Assembly: GCF_028641065.1 (NCBI RefSeq)
Contig: NC_073381.1
Location: 83,886,001-83,950,000 of the forward strand
Length of the DNA stretch: 64,000 bases
Direction of reading: 5' to 3'
DNA from: Leucoraja erinacea
Taxonomy: Eukaryota
Numbering within the stretch: the stretch's first letter is position 1; the number at the start of each line of letters is the position of its first letter. Made by a program: the position numbers and the translations under genes. The notes beneath the pieces were generated by a model. That model was not told the DNA's origin, made no database searches, and saw only the letters and a list, made by a program, of their open reading frames with translations. Shown piece after piece: positions 63,613-64,000 of this stretch.

Positions 63613-63716
63613 CATGGCTTAGTGATCTCACTGACTGAGAGCAGGTGAGCGGCTCCTGCCTCATTCCTCGCGTGAAGCTAATCTTATTTTATCCTCTTCT
63701 TTTCTTACGTTCACAG

Positions 63717-64000
63717 GACACGGATTTTGGTTGTTTCGGGGAAGGCGGAGAAGAGTTTGATGACGTGGATCTTGATGAACTGGTCAGAGCCGCAGGGTCA
63801 AGTGAAGACGAGAGCAGAGAGCATGTCGTAGAAAGGGGCACAGGTCCGAGAGAGAAGAGGGAGGATGATACGGGCCAAGGTGCTCCAGATGATGAGTTAG
63901 GGAAGACTTCGACAGAGCCTGGAGATAAATCTGGGGACGATCAAGCAAGCGAAGAGGAAGATGCAGTTCAGTCTGCAGAGGAGGAAGTCAGTGACTCCCA
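63717..64000 (+). CDS. MIA3: MIA3 exon 4 (large acidic luminal exon, truncated by window end)
   Basis: Long polypyrimidine tract, then cag|DTDFGCFGEGGEEFDDVDLDELVRAAG...; open, D/E-rich frame to the window end (human ETDFVCFDGG). Confidence 0.9.

Noticed and set aside
47364-64000. Assignment as MIA2, OTOR or MIA
   Set aside because: LM.RG, YVYYKLA, WAGSVG and TDF.CF motifs plus a large acidic exon 4 fit MIA3 better; MIA and OTOR stop just after the domain

Overview
Eukaryotic vertebrate genomic DNA, most likely a cartilaginous fish (skate/ray-type tRNA-derived SINEs and CR1 LINEs; the taxon is an inference). Three protein-coding genes can be reconstructed from GT-AG exons. YIPF3 exon 1 (- strand) shares a ~240-bp bidirectional CpG promoter with a complete 9-exon POLR1C (+ strand, 349 aa, 7185-24990). 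The first four exons of MIA3/TANGO1 (+ strand) start at 47364 and run off the window. Most remaining sequence is transposon-derived (CR1, Rex1/Babar, L2, Penelope-like elements, tRNA SINEs, hAT-type remnants), often nested. The most notable signals are: (i) about 15 dispersed minimal hammerhead-ribozyme motifs (CUGAAGA...GAAACGUC) in Penelope pseudo-LTRs, several enclosed in long inverted repeats; (ii) a structured, non-coding, GC-rich retroelement family with a Rex1-type 3' end; (iii) two G-quadruplex-type minisatellites bracketing the bidirectional promoter, one starting exactly at a splice donor; (iv) a ~8-kb polypyrimidine satellite ending ~75 bp upstream of the MIA3 ATG and carrying a young CR1 insertion; (v) a decayed duplicate of POLR1C exon 7; (vi) TGACGTG (UPRE/CRE-like) elements in both secretory-gene promoters. 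Transposon boundaries are approximate and no database search was run.
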